From Guillardia theta CCMP2712 (Eukaryota; Protista; Cryptophyta), in assembly GCF_000315625.1 (NCBI RefSeq), contig NW_005434587.1, positions 231,336 to 295,335 on the forward strand: 64,000 nt of DNA. The letters run 5' to 3'. The notes under the pieces are model-generated. The model saw only the letters and a program-made list of their open reading frames with translations. It had not been told where the DNA came from and searched no databases. Both the position numbers and the translations under genes were made by a program. Below, piece by piece: positions 39,186-50,753 of this stretch (position 1 is the first letter of the stretch; every line of letters starts with the position of its first letter).

Positions 39186-40097
39186 CTACAACGCTTCATA
39201 CCCTGAATTCTTGCCTCCCTTCTTCCTGTCCAACAGTCTCCTCAGATTGTGTCTTCCCTTCTCAACGATCATCACTGCAGTCTCGTTCCCCCTCACGTAC
39301 ATTACATACACGACAGTTCCCAGCAAGGCGGCGAAACCTATCAGGTAGACCAGCAGCATGGCAGAAGAGGTCTCTTCGCGGTATGGCTGGTCGATCCCCA
39401 TCATGGAGTTTCCTTCGCACGGAATTTTCAGCTTCACCCATGACAGGTCGCCGTCCTTGGACGTCTTCAGCGCAGGACCCATCCTCACTTCGAACGCTCC
39501 GTCGCCCTGGTGCCATTTCTGACCTTCGCCGTACATGCTGCGCGTTACTCCACCGCAGTTCTCCAAGGTGTTGCAGTATCTCTGGGCTGAGTCCAGGGAG
39601 TGAAAGCTCCGGCACTTGTCCACACACCCGTTGAGGTACTTGCCCTCGATCGGAACCGAGTACGAGTAACACACCTTGTCTGATGTCTTGGCATCCGGCT
39701 GCAGCTGATGGTTCCTCACCATCCTGTTGATGTCGCTCAACGCGCTCTGCTCCTGCCGTGACAACCGACTGCTCTGGCAGTTCACCTGCTTGATCCAACT
39801 GGTTTCCCCCACTGCCTTGCCGATGGCTGGACCCGCTCGCACTTCGTATAGGCCCACCCCAAGGCTGATTGCCTCATGGTCCCCGTAGGCTGACTTCGTG
39901 ATTCCCCCACAAGAAGGGAGCCTGTTGCAGTGATGCTCGGCCTCCTGCAGCGTCTCGAAGCTCCTGCAGTCATCAACGCATCCATGGATAAGGACAGAGG
40001 CGAAAGGCCCGTCATAGCAGTTCAGCTGCCTCTCGCCGTTGACGACACACAGCCAGAGACCAAACAGGACGAGGGGCGATGATCTCGCACACGTCAT
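39186..40097 (-). CDS. Intronless type I membrane protein: signal peptide, two Cys-rich PAN/apple-like repeats, TM, C-terminal GYEAL
   Basis: Signal peptide MTCARSSPLVLFGLWLCVVNG. Repeats GCVDDCRSFETLQEAEHHCNRLPSCGGIT...YEVRAG...SWIK and GCVDKCRSFHSLDSAQRYCNTLENCGGVT...FEVRMG...SWVK. TM AMLLVYLIGFAALLGTVVYVMYV. Confidence 0.8.
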   Translation of the reverse strand: MTCARSSPLVLFGLWLCVVNGERQLNCYDGPFASVLIHGCVDDCRSFETLQEAEHHCNRLPSCGGITKSAYGDHEAISLGVGLYEVRAGPAIGKAVGETSWIKQVNCQSSRLSRQEQSALSDINRMVRNHQLQPDAKTSDKVCYSYSVPIEGKYLNGCVDKCRSFHSLDSAQRYCNTLENCGGVTRSMYGEGQKWHQGDGAFEVRMGPALKTSKDGDLSWVKLKIPCEGNSMMGIDQPYREETSSAMLLVYLIGFAALLGTVVYVMYVRGNETAVMIVEKGRHNLRRLLDRKKGGKNSGYEAL

Positions 40098-40929
40098 TGA
40101 GGAACGCAACTTCTCCCCACTCCCTCTCCTCTCCTCTCCCCTTCCTTTCCTCGCCTCTGCCGTGACGTGGCTGTCCGGCATGTTGTGCCCTCCCTTACTA
40201 CCCCCACCAACCTTTTCTATAAAGTGCACTACCCCACCCTTGAAAATGATCGAAATTTGTCCGTCCAAGTACCCCAACAAATGGAGAAAAGAATGACCCC
40301 ACCCTGGGTCCTTGCGCGAAGCGCCTCACAGCGCGTTGCGATTGCTCTTGTCATAGACAAGGTAATCCAAGACGACGATGAAGATGATGAAGAGAAGAAG
40401 AAGCAACCAAGTCTGAGAAGACCATATGATCATCTTCCTTACAAGACAACTCTGATAGAGATTACACTAGGTGCAGCTCACCTCTGAACCAAGTCTGTCC
40501 TTGTGCAGTATACACTTCGCCGGATCCAAGAATCGCACCCCAGAAGGTGACGACATGTATCAAGGTAATCATCTCCGTGATTGAACGGATGGCTGTCAAC
40601 TCTTCTTTATGTTTTGTCCTAGGTGAACGCAACGTTGATCTTTTTCTTGTAATGTGAATGACTGAGTTTCTATGATCAGGTGCGAATCGTGCTTGCGTGT
40701 TGAAAGTTACGTGTCACGCATCTGAAGGCATGCCTTACTCTCCAGCAGTGAGAATAGAATGCAAATAAAATTTCTTTGTACAATGTCATCTTAGGAATAT
40801 TTGCAGGGTTTTCCACTTTGTCATCGACTATTTACATGTAAATCCAAGAACAAGCTCGAGTTCCTCATTCGAGCGGATCATCCAGAATTTTTCGCTGTTT
40901 CTGATCGTATTCAAGTCATGTTCCAACAT

Positions 40930-41556
40930 TCACCACAAGGATGAAGCAACAACAACCTGCAGTATCTTCTCGTTTTCGCTCTTGTGCTTCTTTTGACCGC
41001 CTCCGTCGCGTTTTACATGCCCCCTGCCGACTCGAAGAATCGGTTCAGTCCTAGGTGTATCAGTCGCAAGCTCGGCCGGACTCTTGGCCCAAAAAGCAGC
41101 TGAGAGGTCTGACGTGCGATCCTTCTTACCATACCTGCGCATGAGTTACCTCATAGCGAGCGCAGTCTTGTTGCAAGGGACAAACTGCACCAATCGGAAG
41201 CTGGTCGATTGTTGTCGTTGCTGTTGTGAAGTATAGCTCCAAGAAATCGACCTTCGTCGATCTTGGAGAACTTTTGAAAAGGTTGGCATGAATCTGGATG
41301 GTACAGCGTGTCTTCGATTCCATCGGTGACTGCTAGTTTCGCTCCCGAAGCATTCTGTAACCACCAGCTGAAAACGTCAAGAACGTTGGGTGATTCGAAA
41401 TCGTCGCAGGAGTCTGGATGAAGAATCTGCAGCTTCCTGTTGGTGGTGCAGAAGACCTGCGGGTCGAACATCAGGACAGCTGCTGCATCGTTGAGAGCCT
41501 GAGCCGGCGATCACGGTTGAACGCCGCGGCTTACTGCGGCCGCCACTCACCTCCAT
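40930..41556 (-). CDS. Small hypothetical protein
   Basis: ATG followed by a GTGAGT donor near 41550, with overlapping ORFs 41146-41471 and 40930-41142. Reading frame not resolved. Confidence 0.25.
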
Positions 41557-42570
41557 TGCCCCGGAGCGGCGCGGCCGTTACGGTTTTGACCACTTTGAAT
41601 AGGTGCTAGAGCCTTCCTAGGACCTTTGGCTGAGACGGTGTCTCTAGGGCCTCCCCTAAACTTGAAACCGTCCGAGCCTGAGGCTCGGACGGCCGCCGCC
41701 GGCCGGGCGCCCCCGGCGGCCCTCACTGGCCGCGTGCCCCGGCCCCCGCCGGACGCCTTGCTTAAACTTCAAAGTGCCACGCCGGACATCGGAATCAGTG
41801 TGGCACGAGAACTCTGTGACTGAGGGGGCTCAGGCTGCGGCCGCGGCAAACTTGCAAGTTGCTTGTCCTCCCAGCCGTCGGACTCCGGGAGCCCACTGTT
41901 CGGAAACTCAGAACTTGTCGGAAGTGAACTGGGCCCGGTCCGAAACTTAGTCATGACTGTGACGTCCGGGAGTCGATCATGCGGCGGCATGGAATGCGGC
42001 ACTACTGATGATCCGATCCGCGGCGGCCCGGCCCGCCGGGCCGCGGCGGCGCCGCCGCGATCGGACCGTCACCGGGCCTACGGCCGTACCCGGTGACCCC
42101 CGGGCCCGGTTCGGTCCCGGCCGTGACAGTGACGGCAAGTTCTCAAGTTCCAAGTGACTTCAATCGGCGGAACCGCCGCGGCCGGTCAGCCTGCCAACCT
42201 GGCCGCAGGGCCCGGGTGACCCGACGGTGACCACTGGAGCCTCTCGCCGCAGTGAGCCGCGAGCCGCAGGGCCCCCGGCGGGCCGCCCCCGCGCGCCCGG
42301 CCCCCGGCCCGCGGACTCTCGGAAGACTCGGCGCCGAGGGCCGCGGCCGGAGCCCGGAGCCCCGGGACCGCCAGTGCGGGCCGGGCCGCCGGGGCCACCT
42401 CAGGCCCAGCCTGGCAGGGCGGCCGGCCGGCTGTGTCAGGCGCCTGACAGTGAGTCGCTCGGACTCTCAAAGTTAAGGTACTCTCAGTGCGGCTCCGAGG
42501 CTCAGTACCGTGGCCCTAGTCACCCGGCGGGTACGGTTTGTTTACTCAAAGTTAAGTTAAAACGGTAGTG
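41500..42570. promoter_or_regulatory. GC/CpG-rich palindrome island between divergently oriented genes
   Basis: More than ten short inverted repeats, e.g. 41668-41692, 41849-41860, 41949-41958, 42042-42059, 42068-42097, 42327-42338, 42434-42449. The structure is observed; the regulatory role is inferred from position. Confidence 0.55.
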
Positions 42571-42671
42571 AGCACAGTGACACCAGGGGGTTCTAATCGG
42601 AATGAAGGCCATGAGGGGTGGGGGGGTCATAATAGCAAGGCCAGGGTTTGTGGCAGCGGCGCGGGCCGATC

Positions 42672-45600
42672 ATGATGGCGACAGAGCGGGAAGAGCGCGT
42701 CTGCGCAGGGAGAACAAGCGACATGACGAGGGAGAGGAACACATTCAACAGCAGAGACAGGCAAGATACTTTGAAGAAGCTTGAGAATCTGCAAGTGTCG
42801 GCTAAAAATTGTGACAATCAGGGGGTTGAAGAGATCTCATGGCAGCTTTCAAGTTCAAAACAGGAAGACACATCTTGTGATGCAAGTATGCATGTCTCTG
42901 ATGATGGATACAGGCTAACAGAGTTCGCTGATGGTTCAAAAATTTACCGAACAATGTCAAGCGACACATGTTTGTCAATATCCGAGCTTTTCAAAATTGA
43001 TGCTATGGAGCTGGTCTGAAAATGAATGCACATTTCAATTTGATGACGGCAAGACCAGATTCATTGCAACAGAATAAACTATCCAGACATAAGTTTGACA
43101 CAAATCTTGAAAGATGACACTCTAATTGAAGTACCCTCAACCCAGGTGAGAAGCCGTCTGTTTGATGCATTGCACTTTGTTGCTGAAGCTTTGGACAACT
43201 TGCTCCAGAAGATGGAGGATGCAGGTGTTGTTGAAAAACTTTCCCATAGCAAGGCATGGCTGCCGGTATGACCACATGTGTCCATGAATTCTGTTTTGAT
43301 ATCTCAAAAAGGTTCATGTATATGGTTCTGGCGAAAAAGTTGGTCACAGGACAGATGGTTTTCTTTTCGAAAAGGTGAATTCCAGCCTTGCCATGACGAG
43401 TAGAAGTGAATTTAAACAGGACAACAAGTATATCGTTGAATGTGGAGGTAAGCGGATGAAGCTCTCCGAGTTCTGTCAACGAGCAGGTGACTTTTGGAGC
43501 AAGAAAATTGAGCGCAATTTTCCAACATTAACTTGCACAAAGGAAACAAGAAGAACAGGCCTCGTGAAACAATTATCATATCTGAGACATTAGAGGTTGA
43601 TATCACGTTGATGAGGATTTACTCTTATACCAACAATTGTGCAGTCCCTTCTTGACTATGAAAACCGCCTTGCACGCGAGTGAGCGAACTCAATATCTTG
43701 TTGAGGAGAAGAGCAAGCATTCAAACTCATGTGGCCTTAGACTCGATGTGAAGAGCAAATCGAACGAAAGCAAATCACAGGTGAAGAACTAAAATTCACT
43801 TATGGTCCAAATGTCTAAGTGAAAATTTAGAACTCTGTCGAAAAGCAAGACAAATATATCGTCATGCTCGACGGAATGAGGTACCTCGAGCTTTCTAAGT
43901 TGTCGAATCATTCTCCGTTTCAGGATACAGAAATGCATCGCATTTAGCCCGAAAATATTTTCATTTGTTAGAGTCATCAATACACCCGACGAGGACCTGC
44001 AAGGCAAATTTGGGATTGTAAGTCTGCCATACCATTTCATGCTTTTTTCTCTCATTTACAATATTGAATTGCAGATCAAGTCATATAACTCCGATGGGTT
44101 TTACCAAATCCACATTCTTGAGCGCTGTGAAGAATATTTCAAACCCACAAGTCGAGATGTAGCTTTACGGCATTTCCACTTGACGTGATGAATTTGAAAT
44201 ATGTTTTCATGGTCGTGATCATCTTCGAATACAGACCATCGCATGACGCTGATGAACAAAAACTGCTGTCGGAGAAATGGGCAATGCAAGTGCAGGTCTG
44301 TCTCATTTGATTGAGGGATGATTGCTGATTTTTGCTCAGCACTCTGCTAGTTTCATCATTTCATGGCTTCAGGGTGATGAAACAATGAAGACCGAACACC
44401 CATCGCAAGCAGATGTTTGGTCCAATCTGATTGATACTTGCAAGTAAGCGTATTCCTGGCTTCAATATGCTGTGGTAAATGCTTCATCCTTTGCAGAAAG
44501 CTAAGCTCGATTATGCTCGAACTGCGTCAAGATTTTACTAAGGTATGAATTACTTAGACGTTCTCAGCAAATGTCTTTATTCAGGGCAAAATCGAAATGG
44601 ACAGACTCTCACAGATCCACACCATGTCAGTCTTGACGACACCAGAAACTCTTCTCGATATTCTGCAATTGTGCAAGAATTTTACATCAGCGAAGGGCTC
44701 TTCGAGGTTGCTGGCTGTTCTTCAGGTTTGGTCACAGCAAAGGAAAAATAGTATTCAATCAAGTGATGCACTTGCAATTTTTACTTCACTCTTTAATGAA
44801 GAGTCGTCCACGGATGCATGTCAGACGCATTCGGTTTCAGATCAAACTCTGCTGGAAGGCGACTCCGAAGGCCAAGGCCAAATCAATGAGATTTCGGAAG
44901 ATAAGGCGACTGGCAAAACTTCTGAAACTCATAATCTGATCTTCAAAGCGAAGCAAAGAATGAAAGAGCTGGAAAAATTGAAATCAGTTCAAGAAAAACA
45001 ATTGCTTGAAATCAAACGATTAATCTCTGAACACGAAAGCAAGTACCAAAATTGCGTGAATAATCAATGTCAAGAGGTCTCGGTTTTATGCGCATCGATG
45101 AATCTGAAAGCCGAATGTGAAATTTTGAAAGCAATTCATTTTTACAAAATGTTTGAGCGGAAATTTTCCTTTGTTAAACACATGACTCTGTTCTTGATGG
45201 TTGCAAGGCCCTTTTTGCGCATGTTGGGATGGCAAAGGCTCTATGACGTGCTGGGCCATGAGCAAATCACGTTCCTGAATCAAGTTGCATCATTCCAGAT
45301 TTTATCTGAAGAAGGGACTAGATTACAAATGTCTAAGGCGGAAAAATCAAGTGAATACGAAAATTTCGTTCTCAACGAGAGCAAGAAAATCTGTGACTAT
45401 TTGTTCGATACATACAATGAGGTTCAGAATATCCAGGTATGCTTTCATCACAACATCGTACGTTTACGCATGTAATAATCATCATTCCAGGTTTTCTGTT
45501 CTTCATACATGTGCAATATTGATCCACAGTTTTTTGCTTACTCTACCACTGATGTATCAGACCATCTGGAAAATCATTGGTGATTTTTTTTATCGCACAA

Positions 45601-47161
45601 TGAAAGAACCAGTCTTATTATCTGATCACAGCAGCTCATCAAAAGCTTATGACTCCGAACTCCAGCCAGCTGGAATGAATCTTGATCCTCGATTGAAAGA
45701 GCATGTTGCTTTCCGAAAACGTAAATTTCAACATTCGTTGTCTTGTTTCAGTTATAGAAACCTTTTGCCTTTCTGAAAACATCTGAAATCTGTTTAATGT
45801 CCTGCTTTTTAGATTTGGACGAGGTTGGAACTGAACATGCTGTCATTTCATTTCCTGAAAAAGCTGAAGAATGGCAGGTGCTGTAAAATTTTGTTGCCCT
45901 TGCATCAGTTCACAACATGTGTAGCTCTCGTGGGAGAAAGCAAGCAATCTTGGGAGAGGAGAGTTTTGGATCCATCCAATACGAACGAAAAAGTCATCCT
46001 ATAGGATCTCTGAGCTATCACCCGACACGCTCTACCGTTTTCGATTTCGTGCGATGTCTGGGTCAAAGGCGGACAAAAGGAAAAAGAATGATGCACTCGA
46101 GCAAAGTATTACATCGGAGCATGAAGACAAGGATATGGTACATTGGAAAGAATGGAGCAAGAGTTTCCTTTTCTTCACTTCTCCTAAGCGATGTGATCAC
46201 GGTAGATGGAGAATAGACGAAGAAGTTGCGCAGGTATCTCCGAATCTCAAAAGTTGATTTAGACAGAGATGACTTTGTAACTCCTCACGGCAGAGAATCT
46301 CTACAACCTCTCCCATCCGCTTTTGGCATTCGGGCATGCGTTATTCATCAAACATATCAAATCGTAAGCGCATCATTATCAATCTAAGAATTCTGTTCTG
46401 CGGTTCTGACTCAGTCCAAATCTTTGAACATCCGAATTACCAGATGGCTTGGATGACATATCAGCTTTCGAAAAAGTCATTTTTCGCCAGATGCAAAGTC
46501 TTGATCATAAGGTATAAAAAGCTCGATTCATGGAATCATCCATGTTTGATTCCAGCCTCACAGAGCCTTCATTTTCTTGAAAAATGTAAAGAGACTCTCT
46601 GCACTGTAGGGCAACTGTCAGTTGAGAGTACGTCAGTTTCGAGTTCGAACAGGTGACCGAAGGAGGACGCTTCTCCTGAACTGATTGTTTTGAATTCAGC
46701 AATCTGCAGCCAGAAGCCGGTCAACCAAACAATCTGGTTTCGCCCCCTCTTTGTATCCTTACTTTTGACAAGTTTTTGGATTCCAGATTCGAGCAAGGAC
46801 GAAAGCTGATCTCCGGTAAGAACTTTCAACGTTACCCAAGATGCGAGTGAATTTAGAAGTTGACACTTGACGATGGTACAGGCACGGGGCAGTACGTCTT
46901 CTGAAGAATATTAACGAAGAAGTCACGGTGGGAATGCGTAAGTTGATCTCTTGTCGAACAGACGACTTAAGGTAATGCTGTTCTTTTGCGTATAGATGAA
47001 GACATCTCAAGAAAGCAACTTGAGATGAAACTAGCAGGTCAGTCATGAAATCGTTATGTGCACATGGTTCTGACAATAATGTTGTACCCTGTGATTTCAG
47101 CAAGAATGCACAAGAGCAGTTGATAGTTGAAATGCCAGTGCTCGCTGTCAACAGTATATGA
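42672..47161 (+). CDS. Large multi-exon hypothetical protein (AT-richer block)
   Basis: ORFs 42648-43019 and 44597-45475 (coiled-coil AKQRMKELEKLKSVQEKQLLEIKRLI), plus many ~50-nt GT-AG introns. No domain recognised. Could be two genes. Confidence 0.5.
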
Positions 47162-47391
47162 TACAATTTAACGTACTACCGACGGTAGTAAGTTAGTGTA
47201 ATTTACTCCGAGCCTCAGTTTCAGTGTACAGTGAATGAAATCACCGTACCGCGCTCCTGACTTGGCCAGCTGAACAGCTGCCACCGGCACCTGTGCCGGC
47301 AAGTCAGTAGAACTCACTGGTCCTCCCAGTCACGCCGGGCCAGTCATGCGGGCCAGTACTAACCTGTGGGTCAGAGTGGAGATGAGGGGGG

Positions 47392-50300
47392 ATGGGTATG
47401 AGGAGGATGAGGGGGGATATTGCCGCCTCCTCAGCGGCGGAGCACCGCGGAGGGAGGAAGCAGGAGAGAGCGGGAGAGAAGCACGTAGGAGGCGCGGAGG
47501 CGAAGGAGGAGGAGGCCTTCTCATCGCAGATCAGTGCTACTGACAGGAAGGACCACGTCCAGCCTTCGCTCGCTTGCGCTCGGGGCGGAAAGGAACCGCC
47601 CCGAGCTCCTTTGAACAATCTCGAACGTCCTCAAGGTCAAAACCCCTGCCAGGTGAGACGCTTGAGGGGATGAGGAGCGGTGAGAAGGGGGGAGTTGGAT
47701 AGATCACGCCTGTAGTAGTGAGAGAGCCTCGCTAAGGCTCCCCATCTGCAGTCTGTGTCCTCATATAACACCCTGTGGGCACATGACCTTTCCTTGTTGG
47801 CATGTTACCACCTATCATCCTGTTGGTACGTCGATAGTCACTGACACAAAGATTTCTTGCTCAGGGCACGAGGTCAACCTTCTTGTCCTGTGGCTCCGGC
47901 CACCACAGGGCAAGCCCTTGAAGACACTTCAGACCCGGCAGGGGGTCCGGGTGCTGGCATTTTGGGCGAAGCCCTAGCATTTGGAGACCTTTTGCGTGAG
48001 AAGGTAACTTGAGTGTTGGTCAATGTTGTTGCTGCCCATCGTCTGAGTTGCACGTGTCTCTGTTCGCACTTGTTGTATGCGTGCGATTATGAATGATTCA
48101 TTTCCACATGCTGTACTTGTGTGAAAATGACTGGTTGATTCGTCGTGCAGTTTGCGCAGGTTGTTGGCCTTTCAAGCGCGTCTACTGTTGAAAGCTCTTC
48201 ACTAGCCGACAACTTTTCAAGTCGGGGACAAGGACAGCCAGCATCCTCCTACGAGCCTGAGGAGCAGCAGAACCGTCCTTGGCAAGCGCCACAAACCGTG
48301 TACCTAGAGGAATTTCACGGCAGCCAGAAGTATTCCGAAGATCAACCGAGGAGGGAGACAAGCGGAAAGGTAGGGCTCTTCCTCTCCATGCCATGGTACT
48401 TGCAATGACAATGATGTTGCGTGCAGAAACTTCCAACCGGGTTTGCCAGAAATCCGTTCCTGCAAGACTTGCACGGGACCAAAGGACAAAAGTCTGTTGC
48501 TGAGACCAAGAGACCTCTAGAGAATAGAGAGTCGACTTCTTTCAAGTCAGACAACAGTTCAGAAGGAGCGCCTGCAGACAAAACAGAAGATTTCGGAGCT
48601 CCACAGCGCATCCTCAAGTCGTTTCTTGATACATTTAACAATTCATTCATTGGAGGTTCTTTGTATTGTGGTCTTTCACATCGAACTTACACGTGAACAG
48701 AAAGCTCTGAGGGTCGAGGCTCAAAGGCTGAGAGTGTTAATTCTGCACAAGGCGCTCAGGAGTCTCCCGTAGATTCAAATCCTACCCGTGCGGAGCCCAG
48801 TGCGGTTGAGCTCTTAGACGGAACCCCAGCCATGGTTTGAGCCGACGAGATCTGACGTTTCGCCGCTGACTCTTCACAGGTGCGATGCATGCGCAAAGGT
48901 CATGGTGCGCTGGAGTGTCCAGTTTGCCTCCAGCTGTTCAACAGGCCTGTCACACCTGTAAGCCTCAAGATTCCATCCGTTATGTAGATTGCTCACTTGG
49001 CTCTTTCGCAGGTCAACGCCGAGTGCAGATGTACATTCTGCGAATCGTGTTTTGTGAACCTGGTCAAGTTTGGAGGACGATGCACGAAATGTGGGCGAGG
49101 GCTTCCTCGAGATCCGATGCAAGCTGTTGTCAACGCGGAAGTGTTGGAAGCGATACAAGCTTTTCAACAATATGGAGGGGAGGACGCCGAGTATGCTACC
49201 CTTATGACTGGTTTGAAGGGCAAACCCGACAGGCCCAAGTACCAAATCTTGAACATGGAAGAATTCAAGCTTGATCCGAAGCCTTTGGCTTCGGGGGCTT
49301 ATGGTCAAGTATTCCGAGGAACATGGCTAAAGCAGAATCTGCCAGTAGCAGTGAAGAAAGTTCTACGAACAAGCGTCATGTCCCGAGAGCAAACGATCGA
49401 GAGCTTCAGAAAAGAGGCTGAGATCCTGGCAATGCTTGATCACCCCCATGTGCTCAAGTTGTACGGGGCTGTGTTGGACGAAGAGAACATTTGTATCGTG
49501 ACGGAGTTGGTGCCAGGCGGCTCTCTCTTTGATCTGATTCACACGAAGCCGTTGCTGAAGCCCGAGGCTGTCATAGCGATCAGTACGGGAGTCTGCAAGG
49601 GCATGACTTACTTACACAGCATGGGAATCATTCATCGCGACCTCAAACCTGGCAACCTTCTGATGGGGGCGGTCGCGTCTCCTAGTGGTCCGCAGCTGGT
49701 TGTCAAAGTCGCAGATTTTGGCCTTGCGCGGGTCCAGGTAACGATGACAGTGAAAGCGATGCTTCCCTCCCTGCTTCCCTCGCTTCCCGGCTCCCTCCTT
49801 TCCTTCCTCTCTCTCTCTCTCTGTGATCCTCCTGCTATCTGTTTGCTCTGATTAATCTCCCGTTTCCAACAGGATTCTGCGAGGACCATGACGGGGGGAA
49901 TAGGAACGAGTCAATATACAGCACCAGAAGTGCTTAGATCAGAGCGATACGATCACAAGGCTGATGTGTACAGGTATATCTTGCAGCCTCTGATGTCTGA
50001 GGCTGAAATTGCCCAGTTTCGGGGTTATCTTATGGGAGATTCATGCTCGAAAGATCCCATACTCAGAAATGAATCAAATGCAAATAGCAGTGGCGGTTGC
50101 CACGCAAGGTTTGCGATTCAGCTGCTGCTGTGTTGTCCTGATTTCTCTCTCAGATCAACGGCCACCACCTCCCAAGAACTGTCCTGCACCCTTCTGGCAG
50201 CTGATGCAGGTGCTGCCTCCTCAGCTTGTAGCGGGAAGATGTTAACCATGGGAACGCAGCATTGTTGGCAGACTCGTCCGCACGATCGCCCGTCCTTCCC

Positions 50301-50712
50301 AGAGGTCCTCTCACAACTCGAGGACATGCAGGTACATGCCATGGTCAAGTTCCTTCGGTCATCCTCACTTCTTGTTCAGTTCGTGTTCAACCTGGCAGCG
50401 AGTGCTCATGGTTCCATCCGTGCCAGCTCAGCGATGCGGCAACAGCAGTCGCAACAGGTGAGAGGCTTTGCTCCCTTGAGCTTCTTTTTGCACATGGTCT
50501 GATTGTCATGCAGAACGCAAACGCGTTGCAACAACAGAAGGTGATTGCTGTCCTGCCTCGACGATCGTCCGGGGGGCTGAAGATGCTGATGAAAACTTTT
50601 ACAGCAGCTTGCTGAGCAGCAAATGAGGATGAATAACCTACAGATCGATCCGCATGCGAGGGTCCGTATTCTGCATAGCTCTTCACTACATTGCATTTGA
50701 CTTTAGAATGTG

Positions 50713-50753
<41 letters not shown>

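Noticed and set aside
41626-42568. Ala/Arg/Pro/Gly-rich ORFs in the GC island
   Set aside because: Stop-codon scarcity at very high GC; no protein-like motifs.
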